NCBI GenBank assembly: GCA_000004985.1
Contig: GG738849.1
Strand: one strand, 5' to 3'
Origin: Naegleria gruberi
Taxonomy: Eukaryota
DNA length: 64,000 bases
The stretch's first letter is position 1, and every line of letters begins with the position of its first letter. Shown piece after piece: positions 56,804 through 64,000 of this stretch. A program made the translations under genes and the position numbers. The notes below the pieces were generated by a model that saw only the letters and a list, made by a program, of their open reading frames with translations, had not been told where the DNA came from and ran no database searches.

Positions 56804-57544
56804 AGTGTTTTATAGTTTTGTATATTATTTATATTTTAAATTACTAAATGTATTATTATTATTGTTATGAAAAATGTAGTGTTGTTGTTGTTGTTTACTA
56901 CGAAAGTGTTGTTGTTGTTAAGTGTTGATGTTGTTTTTAAAAACAGAAGCAAGTCAGATCAAAAGGACAGTAGAGAGTTTCTCAAAATACTATCAAAAAG
57001 TCCTAAATGTAATAGAGAGCGTATTTAAAGACGACGAACAAAATATTTTTTTGTTGTTTGTAAAGGAATTGACGGATGCTCACTCACACAATAAAACTCG
57101 AGCTGAACAAGATAAAGGCAAACAAAAAGGCTAATGAAAGGAACAACAAGAGAGAACAAACTCAAAGAAAAGGCGGGATCAAAAATTTATTATTATCACG
57201 AAGCCTTCAACTATTAAATTATTAATAATTCACCATCAGAACAAGATTGCTTCAAATTCAATTTGGTCAAAAGTTAATAATAGTTTGTGCCACAATCAAT
57301 TCATCAAGGAACGAGAATCGCATGACTTGTTTATTGGAAAAAGCTTTTTAAATATTAATTTCAATTTTGATTTTTAATCATGTTGCTGATGATGATAATT
57401 CAACTTAAGAGGAGTTAAATACCAACAACTCAAGCATAAAATTCTTTTGGAAATTATACATTTATAGAAGTATACTCAGTTTCAAAAGAGTTGGATAAAC
57501 CATGCCTATGACAACCCAAATAGAGAAAAAAATCAAAACATTTA

Positions 57545-60500
57545 ATGAGTATTACAGTTTCTGATCAAAATGATTTTAACAATCGTCAGTCAAAGGGAAA
57601 TATTAGTTGTAATTACACATCAACCAATCAATTCGCTGCTAGTTCAGGCGCTTCTGATTTTGTAAATATTGATATCCATCAGGAGGACAGAGAAATAAGT
57701 CAATTGAAAGATGCCCATTTACTTTCGATTGATCAAGTTGCCAGTCAATTGAAAACTAACATTGAACGTGGATTGACTGAAGATGAGGCTAAACAAAGAC
57801 TAGACAAACTTGGTTTGAATGAATTGAAAAAAACAGGAGGTGTAAAGATTTGGAAAATTCTATTGAGACATACTTTTGGTTTTATGAATATTGTTCTGCT
57901 TGCTGCGTTAGTTATTGCATTTGCAGTTCAAGAGTGGATTGATGGAGCTGTTATTGGTTTTATTATTCTTGTAAATGTTGTAATTGGTTTTGTTCAAGAG
58001 TTTAGATCTGAGAATTCCATGCAAAAATTGAAATCACTTCAGGAAACAACTTCCACAGTCATTAGAGATGGAAGAGTTGTAGAAATCAAATCAAAATTTC
58101 TAGCTGTTGGAGATTTAATAGAGCTTAATGAGGGAGATCACATTCCTGCTGATTGCAGAGTTGTCTATTCAGCACAATTATCATGTCTAGAATCTATTCT
58201 GACAGGAGAGTCAGAACCTATTAAGAAAAATCCACAAACCATTGTTCCTAAACCACTTCCTGTCGGATCCCAATCATTTGATGTTAGACCTTCAACATTA
58301 ACAAATCAATCGAATACTACCACCAGTAGATTCTCTTTTGCACGAAGAAAGAAGGATTACAATGTATTGGGTGATAGATTTAATATGGTTTTTGGAGGCA
58401 CAGTGATTACAAAAGGTAAAGGAAAAGCAATTGTTACTTGCACTGGAATGAATACAGAATTGGGTGCTATTGCTCAATCTCTTAATAAGTCCAATGACAG
58501 CAAGTTCAAGAATGCTATTGTGAAATTTTTTGCTCCTAGTGGATCAAGATTACAAAAGAGAATGGGTTTACTAGGTATCGTGTTGGTATTTGCTGGATTA
58601 ATTTGTACTGGACTGGTTTTATTGGGTGTTTATATTCATGGAACAATTCCAATCATTCCAGATGGATTGAAGATTGGTGTTTCAACAGCTGTTGCAGTAA
58701 TTCCTGAAGGATTGGCTCCTGTTCTTACATTGACAATGACAATGGGAGTTTTAAAGATGGCCAAGAACAATGCTATCGTTAGAAGACTCGATGCTATTGA
58801 GTCACTGGGTAATATTACAGATATTTGTACTGACAAAACAGGAACACTCACTGAGGGAAAGATGAGTGTTCGAGAAGTGTATTTGAGCGATGAATCAGAG
58901 TTGAGTGTTGTGAAAACTGTCTCCCCACCATCTGCCAATCATGAACCTCAAAGATCAGTTACTGAATTGATCAATGATAGAGGAGTAGTGGTAAATATCG
59001 ACTCAAATCAATTACTAACCATTTTCCTCACCATTTCCTCCTTGTGTAATGGTGCAAATATAGTCAAGACAAATGAGAAGGAGAATCAAGAGAAACCCAA
59101 TCCAAATCAAAATAAGAAAGCTACAGAAGAAGAATTTGTTGGTGATCCAACAGAAATAGCTCTCCTATCTCTTTCGACATGTTATGGACTCTCTAAGGAA
59201 AAGCTAATTCAAGACAGCTCATTCACATTTCATGAAGAATTCCCATTCGACAGCACCCTGAAAAGAATGACAGTTCTTTACAAGAAGAATGGTCATGAAT
59301 TTATATTAACTAAGGGTGCTCTAGAGCAAACATTACCACTCTGCAGTTACATGTGCTCAAATAGTGATAACATTTCCATATTATCGGAAATATCTGAACA
59401 GGATGCAGAAAAGATTAAATACCAAGCAGAGGGAATGGCTATGAAGGGGTTGAGAGTTCTTTCTCTTGCTTTTCGTCAAAATGCAAGTTTCGAAACAATT
59501 ACTCAAAGAGAAGATGCAGAACGCCAATTGACCTTTGTAGGTTTGGTTGGAATTCAAGATCCACCTCGAGGTGGTGTACATGAGGCAATCAAACTTTGTC
59601 AACATGCTAATTTGACTGTGAGAGTAATAACTGGTGATCACAAAATAACAGCCAAAGCAATAGCACACGAATGTGGAGTCATTGAAGCCGATGACGAAGA
59701 TCTTGTCATGAACGCAAGTACATTTGATAGTATGTCAGATCACGAACTGAGATTATTACCAGATTTACCCAGAGTAATTTCGAGATGTACACCAGGCACT
59801 AAGGAAAGAATGATTGAAGCTCTCCACGCCAGGAAGAAATATGTAGCCATGACAGGTGATGGTGTGAATGATTGTTCCTCTATTAAGGCAGCTGATGTTG
59901 GAATTGCAATGGGAATTACAGGTAGTGATGTGACCAAGGAAGTGGCTGATATCGTTCTAACTGACGATGACTTTTCAACTATAGTTATTGCAATTAAAGA
60001 AGGAAGACACATGTTTGAATCTATCAGAAAGTTTACAATCCACTTGTTATCTGGTAACGTATCACAAACTATATTATTGGTAGTTACTGCCTTGTCTGGA
60101 TTGCAGGTTCCTCTCAATTCCATTCAAATTCTATGGCTTAACTTGGTTACTGGAACAGGACCATCATTTGGATTGGGAAAAGAAAAGGTAAGAAATGATA
60201 TAATGGCTCCTGGATTCAATAGTGGTATGTTCACATTCGAAACCATATCTGATATTCTAGCCTATGGGATAGTTATGGGAATGCTTGGAATGGCTAACTT
60301 TTTATTGGCAACAATGGTTTGGGGAAGACCTTTGATTGAGGCTCAATCACTTACCTTCGTTACAGCCACTTGCCTGTTGCTACTCCATGCATACACATGT
60401 AGACATTTGAGGAAGCCATTCTTTGAGGATGGTTTCTATGAGTGTTGGGTGTTACATTTATTTGTCTTTTTAGGATTGGTTTCAACCATTGCAACATTAT

Positions 60501-60682
60501 ATATTCCTTGGGTAAATTCTAATATTTTTCACCAAGTTCCACTTAACAACCCAATAGATTGGGTATTTGTATTATTTGCAGGATTATTACTCGTGATTTT
60601 TTCAGAAGTTTACAAAGGAATTAAGAGATGCATTATTTCTCTCAAACTAAAAATTAGAAAACGAAGATTACATGGAGTTTAG
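57545..60682 (+). CDS. P-type cation-transporting ATPase, type II (Na+/K+- or ENA-like)
   Basis: TGES (LTGESEP), phosphorylation site ICTDKTGTLTEG, DPPR, TGDHKITAKAIA (the IIC-type TGDHPITAKAIA pattern) and hinge MTGDGVNDCSSIKAADVGIAMG. About 10 TM helices. 1045-aa single exon. Confidence 0.85.
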   Translation: MSITVSDQNDFNNRQSKGNISCNYTSTNQFAASSGASDFVNIDIHQEDREISQLKDAHLLSIDQVASQLKTNIERGLTEDEAKQRLDKLGLNELKKTGGVKIWKILLRHTFGFMNIVLLAALVIAFAVQEWIDGAVIGFIILVNVVIGFVQEFRSENSMQKLKSLQETTSTVIRDGRVVEIKSKFLAVGDLIELNEGDHIPADCRVVYSAQLSCLESILTGESEPIKKNPQTIVPKPLPVGSQSFDVRPSTLTNQSNTTTSRFSFARRKKDYNVLGDRFNMVFGGTVITKGKGKAIVTCTGMNTELGAIAQSLNKSNDSKFKNAIVKFFAPSGSRLQKRMGLLGIVLVFAGLICTGLVLLGVYIHGTIPIIPDGLKIGVSTAVAVIPEGLAPVLTLTMTMGVLKMAKNNAIVRRLDAIESLGNITDICTDKTGTLTEGKMSVREVYLSDESELSVVKTVSPPSANHEPQRSVTELINDRGVVVNIDSNQLLTIFLTISSLCNGANIVKTNEKENQEKPNPNQNKKATEEEFVGDPTEIALLSLSTCYGLSKEKLIQDSSFTFHEEFPFDSTLKRMTVLYKKNGHEFILTKGALEQTLPLCSYMCSNSDNISILSEISEQDAEKIKYQAEGMAMKGLRVLSLAFRQNASFETITQREDAERQLTFVGLVGIQDPPRGGVHEAIKLCQHANLTVRVITGDHKITAKAIAHECGVIEADDEDLVMNASTFDSMSDHELRLLPDLPRVISRCTPGTKERMIEALHARKKYVAMTGDGVNDCSSIKAADVGIAMGITGSDVTKEVADIVLTDDDFSTIVIAIKEGRHMFESIRKFTIHLLSGNVSQTILLVVTALSGLQVPLNSIQILWLNLVTGTGPSFGLGKEKVRNDIMAPGFNSGMFTFETISDILAYGIVMGMLGMANFLLATMVWGRPLIEAQSLTFVTATCLLLLHAYTCRHLRKPFFEDGFYECWVLHLFVFLGLVSTIATLYIPWVNSNIFHQVPLNNPIDWVFVLFAGLLLVIFSEVYKGIKRCIISLKLKIRKRRLHGV

Positions 60683-60817
60683 TCTGATTGGAATGGAAAA
60701 TGAGGCAATGAATAAACAAAACACTAAAGTATAATTTTGAGCCTTCATTTATTTACCGAATTCTTCCAAGTGTTCAATTAAATATTTGATTAATATTTCA
60801 CATTTTGGGATTATTGT

Positions 60818-60937
60818 CGGCTACGGCCATATCACGATGAATGCACCTCATCCCGTCCGATTTGAGAAGTTAAGCATCGTCGAGCCACATCAGTACTGAG
60901 GTTGGAGACAACTTGGGAACCTGTGGTGCTGTAGTCT
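60818..60937 (+). rRNA. 5S ribosomal RNA gene, solitary chromosomal copy
   Basis: GGCTACGGCCATATCACGATGAATGCACCTCATCCCGTCCGATTTGAGAAGTTAAGCATCGTCGAGCCACATCAGTACTGAGGTTGGAGACAACTTGGGAACCTGTGGTGCTGTAGTC matches universal 5S blocks (CGGCCATA, CCCGTCCGAT, GAAGTTAAGC, AGTACT, GGGAA, GGTGCTGTAG). It includes GGTTGGAGACAAC, as I remember it from D. discoideum 5S. The terminal helix GGCTAC/GTAGTC is complementary. Confidence 0.8.
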
Positions 60938-60948
60938 TTTTGTTTTCG
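60937..60948 (+). terminator. RNA polymerase III T-run terminator immediately 3' of the 5S gene
   Basis: TTTTTGTTTT directly follows the 5S 3' end, as expected for Pol III termination. Confidence 0.5.
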
Positions 60949-61277
60949 ATTTTAAGATTTCACTTTTTGAAAATCGAACTACAAATCGTAAATAGCAAAT
61001 AACCAACACATGAAACGATCGAAACGATGAGCAAAATTGCCAAAACACCATACACACCAAATGCTTTTTTCATTTTTTTAAAAATTAAAAAATGATTTCA
61101 AGTCAACCAACAACAGAAACACACCAAAAGAATAAGAAGAAGAATTCTAACAATAATTCAGAGCCAGCATCATTGGAATTACAACCACGATCCAACAATA
61201 AATCCAATTCTAATATAACAATAATAATAATAACAATCAAAAAGTAAACAAAAACAAACCATCATCAACACCTTCCG

Positions 61278-62852
61278 ATGCTGCCTCTACTCCACAACCA
61301 TCAAAAGATCATGAAAAAGCAAATAATAAAAAAGCCTAAGGGCAATGGTGGTAATACTAGCAATAATAATAATCAGAAACAGGAAAAAACAAAACAAGAA
61401 AAAAGACCAAAATCTGCACAAATTGATCATCAAAAAACAAGTCAAAACAAACAAGAAAGCAAATCATCACAATCTGAAAGACCAAAATCTGCACAAAGAG
61501 ATCAAAAATCAATTTCAGAGAACAAACAAGAAACTTTGTCTGAAAAAGATCAAAAATTAAAGAAGGATTCGGTAAAGAAAGATGGGAGACAAGATAGTGT
61601 TGCATATTCTCTTCCCAAGATAGATCGATCATTATTTTCTTATGAATATATTCCAGAATATTCTTTTGAAAATGTTCAAGAATTGATAAAGAATGGAAAT
61701 TTGGAGAAGGCTGCACAAGTTATGAATTTGGTATTGAATCCGTCGATTGAGTGTTTGTGTTATGCTTTGAATGTTAATCAACGGATTAACAATTCGAAGA
61801 AAGTGGCAGAGATTGGAGCAAGAATAGACAAATTGGTTGGTTTGAAAGCTAAAGCTAAGAAAATCAAATTGAATTATAATTGGAAACAAATTTGGCCCTA
61901 TTTGGATTATTTAATTGATGAAACTTGCAAGGATAGTTCAATAATTGAAAGAGAAATTGAGTTTAACCTTAAAAGTTCGAAATGTGAATCTTACACAGAG
62001 GAGGACGACAGTGCTATTACCAAATACTGTGAATGGAATGAAGAGTATTTCAAGCAGTTACGTTATCCCTTTGCGTTTGGTACTGGACGAAACAATTTCT
62101 TGACCTCGTACATTAAATTATCAAATTACACCATGAAAGAAATGGAAGCAAGAAAATTAGATTTTCATTTCTTTAAAGGAGAAATGAGTGAAGAAAATAT
62201 TTGCCCATCAACATTTTATAATTTGATTGCTAGAGTTGGATTGACAAGGGATCATTTATTAAATGGTAAACATGGTTTCAAGGATATGATTCGTGTTTTT
62301 CCATATAAAGTGGAAAGCTCACTAGCCAACTCGGAAAGTTTTTCTCAAGATGTTGAGAAATATATCAATAACAAGTTGGAAAATACCCATCAACCCTACG
62401 TTGTGTTTGTCTTTTCATTTGACAGTGATTTTACAGTCAAGAGAGGTATTGTAAATTACTACAATGCATTTAACATCTACCCAAGTGCCACAATTATTGA
62501 GACAACAGAAAATAGAGTTTACTATTGCTTTGAAAACAATAGAAAGAAAACTATTGATCTCCACAAAATGTCAGTCGAGGAGGCAAAAACAAGAGTACTC
62601 GAACTCATTCAAGAACGATATGAATACAGAGACAGAGAGTTCAGTATAATAACTGGTAAAGGAAATCATGTGAATGAGAATGGAACCTCTGGTGTGCTTC
62701 GTGAATTGATTGGAAAGTTATTGAAAGAGCATCCTCTTGTGGAATCAGCAAAACTTTTAGAGGGAAAGTATGTGGTTAAAATCAAAGAAAGACCATTTGA
62801 TTTCTTGGAACAAGATTGGATTGAATTTAAAAAGACTCAGTACAACAAATGA
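61278..62852 (+). CDS. Smr (small MutS-related) domain protein with an N-terminal basic tandem-repeat region
   Basis: C-terminal Smr domain LHKMSVEEAKTRVLELIQ...FSIITGKGNHVNENGTSGVLRELIGKLLKEHPLVESAKLLEGKYVVKIKE. The N-terminus has imperfect repeats (EKRPKSAQIDHQKTSQNKQESKSSQSERPKSAQRDQKSISENKQE). The start codon is uncertain (61278 or a downstream Met). Confidence 0.65.
   Translation: MLPLLHNHQKIMKKQIIKKPKGNGGNTSNNNNQKQEKTKQEKRPKSAQIDHQKTSQNKQESKSSQSERPKSAQRDQKSISENKQETLSEKDQKLKKDSVKKDGRQDSVAYSLPKIDRSLFSYEYIPEYSFENVQELIKNGNLEKAAQVMNLVLNPSIECLCYALNVNQRINNSKKVAEIGARIDKLVGLKAKAKKIKLNYNWKQIWPYLDYLIDETCKDSSIIEREIEFNLKSSKCESYTEEDDSAITKYCEWNEEYFKQLRYPFAFGTGRNNFLTSYIKLSNYTMKEMEARKLDFHFFKGEMSEENICPSTFYNLIARVGLTRDHLLNGKHGFKDMIRVFPYKVESSLANSESFSQDVEKYINNKLENTHQPYVVFVFSFDSDFTVKRGIVNYYNAFNIYPSATIIETTENRVYYCFENNRKKTIDLHKMSVEEAKTRVLELIQERYEYRDREFSIITGKGNHVNENGTSGVLRELIGKLLKEHPLVESAKLLEGKYVVKIKERPFDFLEQDWIEFKKTQYNK
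61380..61560. repeat. Imperfect tandem repeat of about 60 nt inside the Smr-protein gene
   Basis: aaaagaccaaaatctgcacaaattgatcatcaaaaaacaagtcaaaacaaacaagaaagcaaatcatcacaatctgaaagaccaaaatctgcacaaagagatcaaaaatc. Confidence 0.5.
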
Positions 62853-62941
62853 ATATGTCATCATGATTTGTTGATACATGTATTTGAACATGTTTTTGAT
62901 TGTAATATTCCCCTATTGACCGAAAGAACCAATTAAAAAAA

Positions 62942-63253
62942 ATGTCAAAACGCCAAAAGCTCGATTCTTCAGTGATTGTTTCAACAGATGAGATGGGAGT
63001 GATAATTTCCTTTGTGGACACATCAAGAACTTTTAACAATCTCTCACTATGTAACAAATCCATCAAGAAACAGTGTGAATTAATTATGGAAAGAGCGAAT
63101 GATAAAATTTCCTTTTTCAGAGGTTTGGAAGTGGATCCACGATTGTCTCTGATGAGAGCACAAGGAATGGGATGGAAGGTTCCGAGATGGGCACACGATG
63201 AGGTATTAAAAGGAGGATTGGATTTATTGATTTATTACAAGACATTCTTGTAG
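62942..63253 (+). CDS. Small F-box-like protein (103 aa), hypothetical
   Basis: ATG-initiated ORF with an F-box-like segment MGVIISFVDTSRTFNNLSLCNKSIKKQC. It may instead be the first exon of the next ORF, but I found no phase-consistent splice. Confidence 0.35.
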   Translation: MSKRQKLDSSVIVSTDEMGVIISFVDTSRTFNNLSLCNKSIKKQCELIMERANDKISFFRGLEVDPRLSLMRAQGMGWKVPRWAHDEVLKGGLDLLIYYKTFL

Positions 63254-63325
63254 GTTTAGTTTGAAATTAACGTGTGAGAAATTTTATTCTATAGTCGTTC
63301 ACCTGGAGGAAATACTGATGAATTC

Positions 63326-63958
63326 ATGCTGAAATTTAAGGTTTCATTCAGTGCAGAGGCTGAAATGAAGGTCATGAGATCGAAGGTTCATTGTGCTGAT
63401 GGATTTTATACTCGTATTAGACCATTCGAAAGTAAGGTTGAAAGAAAGTGGACTAATCTTTTGGAGGCTATTGAAAAACAATCATTTGAAAAGAAAACAG
63501 ATTATGAAAGTTTGAAAGTCAATACTGAGGGTCACAATGAAGATTATTTCTATACTATTCTAGATGAAGTTCATGGCTGTGAAAAATTTAACACTGACGA
63601 ATATCATGGAAAATGGACTTTTGTAAACCTTCAAGTTTCACACAAGAATGAAAAGATTTTCTCGATTGTAAGAAGGGCTGTTCATAAAGAAAAGCTTGAC
63701 ACCAATTCAGTAGATTCAAATCCAATTGCTCAAAAATTATTTGATGAATTACAAGAATTTTGTCAAGTGAGTCAAATTGCTGAATGTGAACATGATGAAT
63801 GTGAAGATTTTGAAAATGATATGATTTATGAATGTTCTAAATCAGGAATTGAAATGCACCAGACAGAAGCAGAAGTGGACGAGATTGAAGTAGATGATGA
63901 AGAACGTGATAATAGTAATATTAGAGATGTTTTGCATCGATTGATTGAGGACTATTAA
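63326..63958 (+). CDS. Acidic Cys/His-containing protein (210 aa), hypothetical
   Basis: ATG-initiated uninterrupted ORF with coding-like composition and a TAA stop. An acidic C-terminus is present. I recognise no family. Confidence 0.4.
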   Translation: MLKFKVSFSAEAEMKVMRSKVHCADGFYTRIRPFESKVERKWTNLLEAIEKQSFEKKTDYESLKVNTEGHNEDYFYTILDEVHGCEKFNTDEYHGKWTFVNLQVSHKNEKIFSIVRRAVHKEKLDTNSVDSNPIAQKLFDELQEFCQVSQIAECEHDECEDFENDMIYECSKSGIEMHQTEAEVDEIEVDDEERDNSNIRDVLHRLIEDY

Positions 63959-64000
63959 AGGTTAATCATTTTGGGCTTCAAATAATCATTGATTAAATGG

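Noticed and set aside
56922-57134. 70-aa ORF in the spacer between CNOT4 and the P-type ATPase
   Set aside because: It is ATG-initiated but short, with no recognisable motif, and lies in a likely 5' UTR/promoter region. It could be a uORF or a small gene, with insufficient evidence either way.
1070-62852. Idea that XPC, MCM8, the DDB1-like protein and the Smr-domain protein form a DNA-repair gene cluster
   Set aside because: The genes are 10-40 kb apart, on mixed strands and interspersed with unrelated genes. Eukaryotic gene order is largely random, so this is most parsimoniously coincidence.
11985-63958. ORF-track start codons taken at face value
   Set aside because: Many listed ORFs begin with TTG/GTG shown as M (for example 3529, 7403, 31159, 49663, 49978, 44793). 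These are internal exons or upstream-extended frames, not real start sites. Gene starts were reassigned to ATG codons or to splice acceptors.
1-64000. Search for CRISPR arrays, prokaryotic defence islands, operons, integrases/transposases and IS/phage features, as invited by the prompt
   Set aside because: The sequence is clearly eukaryotic nuclear DNA, with spliceosomal introns, an intron-containing tRNA, a 5S gene with a Pol III terminator, and myosin, G-alpha and MCM8 genes. I found no direct-repeat/spacer arrays, no terminal inverted repeats with transposase ORFs and no retroelement RT/integrase ORFs. No novel prokaryotic-type system can be supported here.

Overview
This 64 kb window is eukaryotic nuclear DNA, not prokaryotic. 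It is very AT-rich with Asn/Lys/Gln-rich low-complexity coding, standard genetic code (all recognised genes end in TAA), and short AT-rich GT..AG introns (mostly 42-60 nt, a few 70-190 nt). The 5S rRNA core motif (CATCCCGTCCGAT...GGTTGGAGACAAC...GGTGCTGTA) and an intron-containing tRNA point to a dictyostelid social amoeba. The short introns and moderate coding GC suggest a species other than D. discoideum, but I cannot verify the species. Gene density is very high: about 33 protein-coding genes on both strands, intergenic spacers of 100-400 bp, and several convergent pairs whose stop codons are only 3-20 nt apart. Genes I recognise by motif: XPC/Rad4, a meckelin (TMEM67)-like Cys-rich multi-TM protein, a heterotrimeric G-alpha subunit (4 exons), a SAH-domain myosin heavy chain, ASNSD1-like amidotransferase, WDR7/rabconnectin-3beta, UFD1, a PUB-domain protein, F-box and F-box/LRR proteins, a CECR5/YKR070W-type HAD hydrolase with a 13-nt micro-exon, cactin, a 2OG-Fe(II) oxygenase with a His-rich tail, a GH39 glycosidase, MCM8, a bromodomain protein, a PQ-loop transporter, a DDB1/CPSF-A-family beta-propeller protein (7 exons), the tRNA-modification GTPase MnmE/GTPBP3, CNOT4, a type-II P-type cation ATPase and an Smr-domain protein. 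RNA genes: tRNA-Thr(UGU), an intron-containing tRNA-Leu(AAG), and a solitary 5S rRNA gene followed by a T-run. There are no CRISPR arrays, no recognisable transposons and no prokaryotic-style operon or defence system. The supplied ORF track uses bacterial alternative start codons, so many of its M-initiated ORFs are internal exons. Hand-derived splice coordinates may be off by 1-2 nt; at least one of them disagrees with the ORF-track coordinates by 1 nt. The most notable points are a meckelin/TMEM67 homologue in an apparently non-ciliated lineage, a solitary chromosomal 5S gene, an apparent +1 frameshift in a membrane-protein gene, a 13-nt micro-exon, the very tight convergent gene pairs and 4-nt tandem gene spacing, and a His-rich metal-binding tail on a 2OG oxygenase.
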